From Candidatus Omnitrophota bacterium (GTDB lineage: Bacteria; Omnitrophota; Gorgyraeia; B26-G9): a stretch of DNA of 64,000 nucleotides. The notes beneath the pieces were generated by a model that was given only the letters and a program-made list of their open reading frames with translations, made no database searches and was not told the DNA's origin. Location: positions 29,786 to 93,785 of the forward strand of contig JAZDHZ010000007.1 in the NCBI GenBank assembly GCA_043805415.1, read 5' to 3'. Position 1 is the first letter of the stretch. Every line of letters starts with the position of its first letter. Position numbers and translations under genes: made by a program. Shown in pieces: positions 28,728-38,153 of this stretch.

Positions 28728-30996
28728 TATCTTTTCCCTTACGAATAGCCGCGGGCATTGTCCCGGCAACCCCCCGGGGCTTTTTATCTCTTGGCTTTAT
28801 TTTTATAAATCTTCTTAGCGAGAGTTTCAAGACAAGAGCAATCGCCTCGCGAAATATCTCAAGAGAAATTTTCGATCTTCCTCTTTGCCGTTCACAAAAA
28901 ATTATCGGGATTTCCTTTATACTCGCCGCGATGTTTCTTATCGCACATAGCGATTCAATCTGAAACGCGTATCCTTTAGATCCGATATGCTCCCAGTCAA
29001 TTTTTCGCAGTAAGGACCGTCTATAGCATTTATATCCTGAGGTCACGTCGCTAAAACTTGTCCCCAACAAAAGGTTTACTCCCCATTTTGTTGTCTTGGA
29101 AATAAGATTTCTCCAAAGCCTTCGGTTCTTAATACTCACCCTGCGTAAAAATCTTGAGCCTAAAACCAGATCATAAAAACAGGCATAATAAAGAAATATC
29201 GGCAAATATTCAGGATCATGTGAAAAATCAGCATCCATTTCAAAAATATAATCAGCATCAATATTACTCAATATATACTTAAATCCATTAATATATGCTG
29301 TTCCCAATCCCTGCTTTTCGGCTCTATGTATAACTTTTATTCTTTCATCGGCTAAAGCCATCTCTGTTGCTAATTTCCCCGTACCATCAGGAGAATTATC
29401 ATCAATAATTAGAATAAACGCATTACTCAAAACATTATGTATCTTATTACAAATAAGCCGGATATTGTCTTTTTCATTATAGGTAGGCATCACTATTGCT
29501 ACTTTTTTTTCTTTGGCACTTTTGAGAAAATATTTACTTTGCGACAGCATTCCCGCCGCTTCAGCAGTGTCGGTGAAAATCAAAGCATAAAACTTAACTT
29601 TCTGGATAAAAAAGTTAATGCCTGCCCTTAAATAACGCCGCAACTCAGTGAAAGACTTTAACCGAAACAATAACTTTGCTATAGTCTTAAAACTAAAATA
29701 GAATTTGAAATAAAATTCCTGAGTTAAAGAAAGAATCTCCTGTTCGGTCAAACTACTCCAGGGAGTTGGTAGCCGCTGTTTTAGTTCATTGCCTAAAACA
29801 TGCTCTTGCCACAGATCAATCCCAATTGTCTTGTTTAATCTAAGATGCAATTCGGTTCCGGGTTTCGCGATAACCTGACAAACCTGAATAAAATCAAGAT
29901 CTAATATTTTCGCGAACTTTATCGTCTCTCTAACCGAATCAGGGGTATCCCCTTCGTTCCCGACCATAAAAAAGCCCATTGTTCTAATTCCATATTTTTT
30001 CGTAAGGAAAATTGCCTTTTTGACATCGCTGATAGAAATTCGCTTGTTTATGTTATTTAAAACGCTCTGGTTTATCGATTCAATCCCGTAGTAGATCTGG
30101 CGGCATCCGGCATTTCTTGCTGCCTCCAGAATTTCCGCGTCAACAAGATCTACTCGGCTGCGGCATGACCACTCAAGATCCAGATTCAGTTCTTGCAGTT
30201 TTCTCATTATTTCCAGACTTCTTGTTTTATCCATAAAAAATATCGCGTCAAAAAAATCAATTTCCCGAATATTGTATTCTCGATAACAAAACTCTATCTC
30301 ATTAACTACACTCTGAGCTGCGCGAATACGATAAACACTTGGAATCGCGCAAAAGACACAAGTAAATGGACACCCCGTACTTGTAAGCATTATTGTGAAA
30401 TTTTTTCTCTGTGAGATAAAAGAATAATACTTCTCATTAGCCAAAAGATGACGCGCTGGATACGGATAATCATTAAAATCGAAAATTTTCGCATCCGGCT
30501 TATTCACAATTACCTTATTATCTTTCTGCTTGTAAGCAATGCCGGCAATACCGGAAAGATCTTTATTTACTGAAAGAGCTTCCAGCAATTTTGGTAAAGA
30601 TTCTATCGCCTCACCGATAACCCCATAATCAATTTGAGCATGCGACATAGTTTCTTCCGGATAGAGTGTCAGGTTAGGCCCGCCGGCAAACACGGGTTTT
30701 TTGAGTTTGCTTTTCAAAAATCCGATCCACTCAAGCGCATCATGAAAATGATAAGTTTCCGCTCTAAAACCCAGGATATCCGGATTAAATTCTGTTAATA
30801 TCTCAAGTGCCTGCTCTTTCCCAACTGCAAGCGCACGCGCATCTAAAATTTTTACAATATGCCCATGCTTTTCAAGAATAGCGGCAACATAAGCCAATAT
30901 TATCGGCGGAGCAAAACAGAATTCTTCATCAACTACCTGAAGATTTTCTGAAAAAATTTTATGATTATATGGCGGATAAATCAGCGCAACACGCAT
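28717..30996 (-). CDS. fusion: cobalamin-binding radical SAM (N-terminal) + Dpm1/GtrB-like polyprenol-phosphate glycosyltransferase GT2 (C-terminal)
   Basis: The N-terminal half has a B12 domain and CPFTCVFCAIPS. The C-terminal half (VAIVMPTYNEKDNI...IIDDNSPDGT...EMDADFSHDP) is the classic Dpm1/ArnC signature (DAD.SH). Confidence 0.8.
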   Translation of the reverse strand: MRVALIYPPYNHKIFSENLQVVDEEFCFAPPIILAYVAAILEKHGHIVKILDARALAVGKEQALEILTEFNPDILGFRAETYHFHDALEWIGFLKSKLKKPVFAGGPNLTLYPEETMSHAQIDYGVIGEAIESLPKLLEALSVNKDLSGIAGIAYKQKDNKVIVNKPDAKIFDFNDYPYPARHLLANEKYYSFISQRKNFTIMLTSTGCPFTCVFCAIPSVYRIRAAQSVVNEIEFCYREYNIREIDFFDAIFFMDKTRSLEIMRKLQELNLDLEWSCRSRVDLVDAEILEAARNAGCRQIYYGIESINQSVLNNINKRISISDVKKAIFLTKKYGIRTMGFFMVGNEGDTPDSVRETIKFAKILDLDFIQVCQVIAKPGTELHLRLNKTIGIDLWQEHVLGNELKQRLPTPWSSLTEQEILSLTQEFYFKFYFSFKTIAKLLFRLKSFTELRRYLRAGINFFIQKVKFYALIFTDTAEAAGMLSQSKYFLKSAKEKKVAIVMPTYNEKDNIRLICNKIHNVLSNAFILIIDDNSPDGTGKLATEMALADERIKVIHRAEKQGLGTAYINGFKYILSNIDADYIFEMDADFSHDPEYLPIFLYYACFYDLVLGSRFLRRVSIKNRRLWRNLISKTTKWGVNLLLGTSFSDVTSGYKCYRRSLLRKIDWEHIGSKGYAFQIESLCAIRNIAASIKEIPIIFCERQRGRSKISLEIFREAIALVLKLSLRRFIKIKPRDKKPRGVAGTMPAAIRKGKDNEN

Positions 30997-31007
30997 TTTT
31001 AACTCTT

Positions 31008-32702
31008 TTACCTACTCTCTTTGTTTAAGTTTTCAAAATCAGCAACTATTTTTTTAGCATCTATGACTATGTACTTTTTATCTTTAAAAACTATTTTTGA
31101 ATCCGGAAACTCAAGCAGAGCAAAGCGTTGTTTTTTGTTATTATTAATAATTTTTCCAATAAACTCATTATAAGGCGCGAAATAAAAACTGTCTGACTCT
31201 AGGTATTCAGCAGTAAAATGCTCACGATCAACCACAATATAATCTAGTTTATAAGTCTTTGAAAGCTTATAAATCTCTTGTTTTGACGCAGCATAGTATG
31301 CGGTAAAAAAATCATATGTGCGCTTACTTATTTGCGCATAATATTTTTGCTGATACGGAATATCTGCTTCCTGCATTATAAGTCCTTTGCGCAAGGCAAA
31401 AACCGTAATATCATCCATAACCTCTGGGTGCGCCGCGATAAAAGTATCTTTGGGCGTCTTGCCCAAAAATTCATAAAGCTTAATACCTTTGTCCGCTTTA
31501 TTGCTGAAAGAATAAGCATTTTGCAAATAAGGCAGAAAAGCAAATAAAACAAAAAGGCTTAAAGAAAAATGTATTATTGCCCTTTTTCCTGGGTTTTTCG
31601 TTAAATTACTGATCAGCCTTTGGATATTTAGACTAACAAAAATAATCAGCACAAACAAGAACGTATACCGCATATATCGCTCCGGCTCAAACAATTTCAG
31701 CATAAATATACGCGCGAGACAAAATAAAAATAAACCGCATAACAGCAATATCCATAACTCAGAACGGATCTTAAACGCCTTTTTCCCCATTAGAATCACC
31801 AGCAAACACGCGGCAAAAAATAATCCTGTCTTTGCTCTATCCAGACCCAGCCCGCTTCTATAATTTGTAATGCTTTGAAAAAAACTATCATAAAAGACAG
31901 GCAGCCTTCCCTTACTGCTGAACTCAGCCATTTGTTTCATCTCGCTAAGATTAAATACCGGTCCAAGTTCATCCGGAGGATTAAAATACTTTGGAGCTAT
32001 TAAACAAACAGCCACCAGGATAACTCCTGAAAAAACGATCCATATTTTTCTGTTTTTAATAAAACTGAGTGATTTTTTCGAAAACCTAGTCGCTGAAAGC
32101 GGATAGGTTAAAGCCGAAATAATAAACAGCGGCGGATATATGAACACTTGCGCTATCATTACTATTCCAGTTTTAAGATAATCCTTTTTTAAGAAATAAA
32201 AAATAAACATTAGCAATAAAACCGGATGGAATGCTCCCGCTCCGCCTTCTCCAAACCAGACATCTGAGAAAGCGAATGAACGCTCTGTATACCACGCGCT
32301 AAGAGTAACCAAAAAAGATACCCACAGCCCTGTTGTATTATTTTTAAGATAACAACCAATATGATAAGCAAATAGAGCAGAGATAGCTCCCAGAAAAAAA
32401 GGCAGAATTTTAACTACCGCAAGCGGGTTAAAAAATCGCCCGGATACATAATAAAAAGCCTTAAGGCCAATAGGTATTTTCCAATTTTCATAAACTAAAT
32501 GCAGATCACCTCTAAAAAGCTCACTATCTGCCAAATGCGCCATCCAGATAATGCTTTCTCTTGTATCTTCATGAACAGCGTATTTATTAAACAATAAATA
32601 AGACTGCGCATTAAAACATATCAATACCGCAAATACAACTACCGCAATTCGCATGATACATTTCTTATGGCTTTTTATTACTCCGACACCGGCATCTTGC
32701 AT
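31008..32702 (-). CDS. polytopic membrane protein with C-terminal soluble domain, function unknown
   Basis: A 564-aa ORF with multiple TM helices. The likely true start is the internal MRIAVVVFAVLICF (~32654). Confidence 0.5.
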   Translation of the reverse strand: MQDAGVGVIKSHKKCIMRIAVVVFAVLICFNAQSYLLFNKYAVHEDTRESIIWMAHLADSELFRGDLHLVYENWKIPIGLKAFYYVSGRFFNPLAVVKILPFFLGAISALFAYHIGCYLKNNTTGLWVSFLVTLSAWYTERSFAFSDVWFGEGGAGAFHPVLLLMFIFYFLKKDYLKTGIVMIAQVFIYPPLFIISALTYPLSATRFSKKSLSFIKNRKIWIVFSGVILVAVCLIAPKYFNPPDELGPVFNLSEMKQMAEFSSKGRLPVFYDSFFQSITNYRSGLGLDRAKTGLFFAACLLVILMGKKAFKIRSELWILLLCGLFLFCLARIFMLKLFEPERYMRYTFLFVLIIFVSLNIQRLISNLTKNPGKRAIIHFSLSLFVLFAFLPYLQNAYSFSNKADKGIKLYEFLGKTPKDTFIAAHPEVMDDITVFALRKGLIMQEADIPYQQKYYAQISKRTYDFFTAYYAASKQEIYKLSKTYKLDYIVVDREHFTAEYLESDSFYFAPYNEFIGKIINNNKKQRFALLEFPDSKIVFKDKKYIVIDAKKIVADFENLNKESR

Positions 32703-32864
32703 TCTTCCTCTACTTTTGAATCATTTAAACATATTTAAAATCCTTAAAAGACACCGAAAGCTTCGTCCGTTTTGTTAATTAAGGCATCTATGATATGATA
32801 ATATAATATGAAATAGCTGATAATTTTTCTTAGAGTCAGTATCCAACATAGACAGGCAAAAACC

Positions 32865-33887
32865 ATGAATAGTTTTTCACTCTTATTATACAAATACAAA
32901 TCGCTTTTTCAAGCACTATTTTGCAAGAACAGGTGTTATAATCTGGTATTTTCGCTGCTTTCCTGTTTGCGGAAAGATCCCAAAACAAAGCATCTCCCTT
33001 TTATTTTCCAGATAGAACCGACAAATCAATGTAATTTATGCTGTGTTCTTTGTCCTACCGGAGAAAAAACCTTAAAACGCCCTAAAACTAATTTATCCTT
33101 AGATATCTACAAACAAGCTGTCGATCAGCTGGAGAATCACGTAATCTATTTATCTTTATATAATATGGGCGAACCGCTTTTAAATAAAGACATTTTTCCA
33201 ATGATCCGCTATGCGCGCGACAAAAATATATTCGTCAGACTCAACAGCAATGGAACGCTTATTAATAAATCAGTTGCCGAACAAATCATTGACAGTGATT
33301 TAAATGAGATCCTTATCTCTCTAGATTCCGCAACCGCAGAAAAATATTTAACATACAAAAAAAGTGATGGTTTTGCTAAAGTGCTGCATAATCTCAAGCT
33401 GCTTATTGAAAAACGCGCTAACAAAAAACACCCTTTTATCGCTATTCAACTCCTCCTGCAAAAAAATTCAGAATATGATATCCTTAAATTCAAGCAGATC
33501 GCCAAGAGCTTAAAAGTAGATAAAGTGCTGTTAAAAAAAATAAGGGTAAACTCCCCTGGTTCTGCTATTAAAGCGGATTTTTTACCTCAAAACAAAAAGC
33601 TGATAAGAAATTATTACAAATCCAAGCAAAACAAAAAATCATGTCTGCGGCCATGGCAATCAGCGGTAATACTTAGTAACGGCGATGTCGTTGCCTGCTG
33701 TTTCGACATGGAGGCTAAGCATGTTTTTGGTAACATATCCCAGAACAGTTTTCAAACAATATGGAGCAATAAAAAATACATTGAATTCAGAGAGAAAATT
33801 AAAACCGATCTCAATCAACTTTCACTGTGCAAAGCATGCAGTCTTGAAGATATTTCCTTTTATTTAGGCCTTTTACTAAACAAGTAA
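32865..33887 (+). CDS. radical SAM/SPASM-domain protein (only plus-strand gene inside the cluster)
   Basis: CNLCCVLCPTG is present. The SPASM-like C-terminus reads CLRPWQSAVILSNGDVVACCFDM...GNISQNSFQTIW...CKACS. Confidence 0.8.
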   Translation: MNSFSLLLYKYKSLFQALFCKNRCYNLVFSLLSCLRKDPKTKHLPFIFQIEPTNQCNLCCVLCPTGEKTLKRPKTNLSLDIYKQAVDQLENHVIYLSLYNMGEPLLNKDIFPMIRYARDKNIFVRLNSNGTLINKSVAEQIIDSDLNEILISLDSATAEKYLTYKKSDGFAKVLHNLKLLIEKRANKKHPFIAIQLLLQKNSEYDILKFKQIAKSLKVDKVLLKKIRVNSPGSAIKADFLPQNKKLIRNYYKSKQNKKSCLRPWQSAVILSNGDVVACCFDMEAKHVFGNISQNSFQTIWSNKKYIEFREKIKTDLNQLSLCKACSLEDISFYLGLLLNK

Positions 33888-34004
33888 TAACCTGTTTATA
33901 GCTATAGCTGCACTTTGGATTTAGCGATTAATCCGAATTATTTAGCTTCAACTTAACCATCCGCTTATTATTATTGATATTTTCCTCGTGTTTTTTAAAC
34001 CTTT

Positions 34005-35567
34005 TCAGAGGCTATCCGGTTTATAGTAAAGTACCTCCACTCCATCCCATACAAATCTACTTTCTTTCTCTAATTTATAATTTTTTTGTAAACCCAACTT
34101 AAGCTTGCGCATATTTTCTCTGCCATACCAATCAGGAGACACAACTATCCAAAAGGCATGCCGCCGAACAAGGGGATTAAAAACCTCATCACAATTAGCT
34201 GGTATATTTCCTAATTCAAAGCCTGTAATTAAATTATCCTTATCGTAAAACTCTTTAACCCATTTATCATTAATCTTTCTAGTTTTCCCAAAAAAGGAAT
34301 CCCCGATATCTTTCAGCTGCCTTGGTTCATTATATTTATAGTAATACCAGAAAGGTGTGATCTGCGCCATCGGAAAAAATACTATAGAATCTCCTTTTTG
34401 CATATTCTTCTTAACTAAAAAAGCAATCTCTCTCCAAGAGTCCTGGTTAGGCGCATAATAATAATAAACTAAATTTATTGAATAACTTAAAACAAAAAAA
34501 CCGATAAGCAACCTGCTTATGTCCTTTCTTAATGACAAAAACATCCGTCCAACTAGCAAACAAAATGCAGGGAGAAGAATAATAGCGATTTTACTCCACC
34601 GGCTAAAAGCCACAAACAAATTTACTATCCCAAAAATCCCAAACGGAATAAAAAACCATAAAATAGTAAAACCATCATTAAATTTTATCTTTTGTTCACT
34701 TTTCCTTTTGCAAAGCAAAAATCGCAAAAAAACCAAATAGGTTAAGCCCAATATCATGTAGAAACCGCATTTTGTAATCCATGGTCTATTGGTATCTAAA
34801 TATCCTCCCACCCCTGCTTGCGATAATACTCTTCCGTAACTAAAATCTTCTATTAGCATTTTAAAAATATTTTCATTAACAATCGGGCAATACTTATCAT
34901 TCTCTATTTCAATATTATAATGGTTAAGCACCGGGATAAGCAGGATTGATGCTAACAGGATTATAACTGCCTGCATAGACATCCAGCGTTTTAAATCAAT
35001 TTTAAACAAAAACAAAAAACAATTTGTTAACAGAAAAACCATACCGCCAATAAAAGGATTTGTATACACCAGCATAAGCAGACTTACCGGATAGGCTATC
35101 CAATAAAATAACTTCGGTTTACGCCTTAGCTGCAATAAGCAAAATGCTGTGCTGATAAACAGCAACATTGCTAAGGAATACCACCTTGCTTGTTGACTAC
35201 GAATCACATGGTAAGCTGATAAAGCGAGCAATAAAGCGCAAAATAATCCTATTTTTTTATTAAATAATAGCTTGCCTAAGCGGTATAGCATAATTATCGA
35301 TAGGGTCCCAAAAACCACAGACAGCATTCTAAGATTAAACTCCGTATACCCAAACAAAGATGCCCAGCACTTAACTATCATAAAATATAATGGTCTGATC
35401 GAATAATGATGGAAAAAAATAGTTCCCCAGTCTTTTTGCGCGAAAGCCACGGTAAATGCCTCATCAAGCCAAAGACTCTTGGCATCAAGCTTGAATACGC
35501 GCAATAAAAGCCCAAGCATAGTAATAATTAAAAGTGGAACATTAATTTTTCTAAATTTATGAATCAT
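34005..35567 (-). CDS. GT-C-fold glycosyltransferase, ArnT/PMT (GT39/83)-like, polyprenol-phosphate-sugar dependent
   Basis: The N-terminus LLRVFKLDAKSLWLDEAFTVAFAQ is the typical ArnT/PMT first-loop DE motif. It is followed by about 11 TM helices and a C-terminal periplasmic domain. Confidence 0.65.
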   Translation of the reverse strand: MIHKFRKINVPLLIITMLGLLLRVFKLDAKSLWLDEAFTVAFAQKDWGTIFFHHYSIRPLYFMIVKCWASLFGYTEFNLRMLSVVFGTLSIIMLYRLGKLLFNKKIGLFCALLLALSAYHVIRSQQARWYSLAMLLFISTAFCLLQLRRKPKLFYWIAYPVSLLMLVYTNPFIGGMVFLLTNCFLFLFKIDLKRWMSMQAVIILLASILLIPVLNHYNIEIENDKYCPIVNENIFKMLIEDFSYGRVLSQAGVGGYLDTNRPWITKCGFYMILGLTYLVFLRFLLCKRKSEQKIKFNDGFTILWFFIPFGIFGIVNLFVAFSRWSKIAIILLPAFCLLVGRMFLSLRKDISRLLIGFFVLSYSINLVYYYYAPNQDSWREIAFLVKKNMQKGDSIVFFPMAQITPFWYYYKYNEPRQLKDIGDSFFGKTRKINDKWVKEFYDKDNLITGFELGNIPANCDEVFNPLVRRHAFWIVVSPDWYGRENMRKLKLGLQKNYKLEKESRFVWDGVEVLYYKPDSL

Positions 35568-36124
35568 TTTAAAATAATCTCGTTTTGCTGAAGCATTTTC
35601 CGCGTATCTACTTCAATTAAAATAAACTTATCAATAAAAATTTTCCCTTCCATTTTCATTGTTTTCTGTTCCCAACAGGAATTCTTTGAATCCGCCCAAA
35701 ATCTTATTTTTGCTTTACCTTTGCGCAATTTCCAAAAAGGTTCCGCGCTAGGACTGCGGTATTCCCAGCGGCCCTGGCCATGCGGCAAATACCAGCGCTG
35801 CTCGGAAAATACATAATTATAATAATGCTTGCCTTGCGCGTCAGTAAGCTTAATATATATAAATGGACAATATTTACGCCATTGGTGATAGAGGCTTATA
35901 TAGAGCTGATAATATCCATCCTCAGGGATATCAATATTTAAAGTCTGAACAGCATTACTCTTGTCTGTGGCAATTGCCTGCCGGTCATCAAGCAAAACTT
36001 TCTCCCAATCACCGGTTGAATTTTTAATTAAAAAAGTAAGCGGCTGCTCAGCGGCATAAACCAAATCCGCTGCCGCGAATATAAACAAAACAATAAATCC
36101 GAATTTAATTATCCGCTTAAACAT
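35564..36124 (-). CDS. secreted hypothetical protein
   Basis: The signal-anchor MFKRIIKFGFIVLFIFAAADLVYA is present. The start was trimmed to this Met. Confidence 0.45.
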   Translation of the reverse strand: MFKRIIKFGFIVLFIFAAADLVYAAEQPLTFLIKNSTGDWEKVLLDDRQAIATDKSNAVQTLNIDIPEDGYYQLYISLYHQWRKYCPFIYIKLTDAQGKHYYNYVFSEQRWYLPHGQGRWEYRSPSAEPFWKLRKGKAKIRFWADSKNSCWEQKTMKMEGKIFIDKFILIEVDTRKMLQQNEIILK

Positions 36125-37226
36125 AATTAGGCAATTCCGGATATGTATTATTAGCCGGCATCTCCCAGTCCATGGACACATCCGCTATCCTATCTCCTTT
36201 AATCTCAATCATTGATTCTTTTATCTGGCCTAATCCCTGCTGATAAGCTAAACGCAGATGTTTAACATACCAGGGAACGCCAAGATCTTTATTCTTAGGC
36301 CGCGGCTGCCAATTCCTTGTGATAATCCGCGTAGCCGTGGCGTCAGTAGCCACAGGGTCAAAGCCGGCAATCACCAAAGCCCCTCCCAGAATCGCGCTGA
36401 TATCAACTGTTTTACCGCCTAAAAATTTAACCACGCCTTCGCCTTGCATTCCATAAGCGCCGCTGATTACTGTCAGGCGGGGTTTTATCCCTTTATTTAT
36501 ATCCACGATAACTTGATGGATTCCGGCTTGATGCAATTTAGCTCTTGGCTCGCCATAAATCACGGAAGGCATTATTCCCATGAAGTTTTTCATGCCAAGA
36601 GTAACTGAAATCGGCCAATGATGCGTTTTAAGCACCGCGATTGAAATAACGGTATCCGCTTTTTTAACAATGTCCGGGATCGCTAACCAATCGAGCTTGC
36701 TACACGATGGAACATAAATAAATGATTTTGTATGTTCCCGCAGATTGATCAGCGACACTTTATTCCCGTATTTTTTATTTATTTCCTCAATTAATTTTTT
36801 TACTTGCGCGCCTTCAATATTTTTTTTCCCTTGCCATAAAATATTAAGCGGCCGTTCAATCCATTCCCCGATAATAACATGCTTAGCTCCGGCTTTAACA
36901 CATTCGCGAGCGACTGCCGCGACAACCTCCGGATGCGGTATTTCACCTGCGGTAACCGGATCATGCCCCATCAAGCCGCCGGTAATATAATTTGGCTTGA
37001 TAAAAACAATCTGCCTTGGTTTAACAACTTTTCCCACACCGCCGATTATCGCCAAAGCCTGTTCCGTAGTTTTTCTAATATCATTACCTTTAATTACCCC
37101 AACAATGCTCGGAGAAATTATCGTCTCTTTCCCATAAATATATTCAGGCAATAGCGCTTGGGCGGCTAATCCCGCGCCAAAGCCCAGGCTTGTCTTAACA
37201 AATTCTCTTCTGGTGAATTTCTTCAT
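36117..37226 (-). CDS. Tat-signal (twin-arginine) exported protein, DUF362-like?, function unknown
   Basis: The N-terminus MKKFTRREFVKTSLGFGAGLAAQA matches the S/T-R-R-x-F-L-K Tat consensus. Confidence 0.5.
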   Translation of the reverse strand: MKKFTRREFVKTSLGFGAGLAAQALLPEYIYGKETIISPSIVGVIKGNDIRKTTEQALAIIGGVGKVVKPRQIVFIKPNYITGGLMGHDPVTAGEIPHPEVVAAVARECVKAGAKHVIIGEWIERPLNILWQGKKNIEGAQVKKLIEEINKKYGNKVSLINLREHTKSFIYVPSCSKLDWLAIPDIVKKADTVISIAVLKTHHWPISVTLGMKNFMGIMPSVIYGEPRAKLHQAGIHQVIVDINKGIKPRLTVISGAYGMQGEGVVKFLGGKTVDISAILGGALVIAGFDPVATDATATRIITRNWQPRPKNKDLGVPWYVKHLRLAYQQGLGQIKESMIEIKGDRIADVSMDWEMPANNTYPELPNYV

Positions 37227-38149
37227 AAAAATAATGCTCGGTTATAGCGTTTTTTTCTAAGCGCCGGGAAATAATCATATATTTGCCGCAAAGCTTTAGA
37301 AGTATTCTTATTAAATAAAAGCATAAAAATGAATCGGGGTAATTCGTAAATAAAAAAACCGAATACAAACAGCAGCAAATGCTTCCAGCTCCCGTTTTTA
37401 ATCAGGAGAAAATATCTATTGCGAAAAGAAAGATACTGTTTAAACGGATCGCTATGCTCAGAACTTTCGCGGTAATGATAGGCAATAGCCGTAGGCACAT
37501 ACATAGCACTCCATCCGCGAATCCGCGCCCTCCAGGCCAAGTCAAAATCCTCGACTAAAAAAAAGAATTTTTCATCAAAAAATTCATCTTTATCCCGGAC
37601 AGCATCCAGTAATTCTTTTTTATAAACAGCCGCCGCGGCGCATGGACCGAAGATCTCAATTTGCTTATCAAATTTCTTACTATCAGCTTTAGCTTCTCCA
37701 ATATTGTAAAGCCGCATTAGCGCCGAGAACCGCAAGCCCAGGCTATCGATTGTTTTCCTATCCAGCCTAAGTAATCTGCCCTGCACCATGCCGACATGTT
37801 TGTGCTTATCAAGACAATCTTTTAAATCTCTAATGTATCCTTTTTCCAATATCACATCACTATTTAATGTAAAAATATAAGCCCCTTCAGCTTTAAGGAT
37901 CGCTTGATTATTAGCAGCGCAAAAACCGCTATTTATTTTATTTTTAATCAGCTTTATCCGATCCGAGTAATCTTCTAATATAGTAAGCGTCTTATCGGTT
38001 GAGCCATTATCCACGACAATAATCTCCATATCCTCAATTTGCTGTAAAAATACTGACTCAAGACAATCCTGTATAAATTTTTCAGCGTTCCATGTTACGA
38101 TAACTACGCTTACCTGAACCATCGTTTTCCTTAATCCCCTATTATTCAA
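37223..38149 (-). CDS. glycosyltransferase family 2
   Basis: VSVVIVTWNAEKFI, DNGSTDKT and TLNSDVIL (DxD-like) are present. Confidence 0.8.
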   Translation of the reverse strand: MNNRGLRKTMVQVSVVIVTWNAEKFIQDCLESVFLQQIEDMEIIVVDNGSTDKTLTILEDYSDRIKLIKNKINSGFCAANNQAILKAEGAYIFTLNSDVILEKGYIRDLKDCLDKHKHVGMVQGRLLRLDRKTIDSLGLRFSALMRLYNIGEAKADSKKFDKQIEIFGPCAAAAVYKKELLDAVRDKDEFFDEKFFFLVEDFDLAWRARIRGWSAMYVPTAIAYHYRESSEHSDPFKQYLSFRNRYFLLIKNGSWKHLLLFVFGFFIYELPRFIFMLLFNKNTSKALRQIYDYFPALRKKRYNRALFL

Positions 38150-38153
38150 ATTA

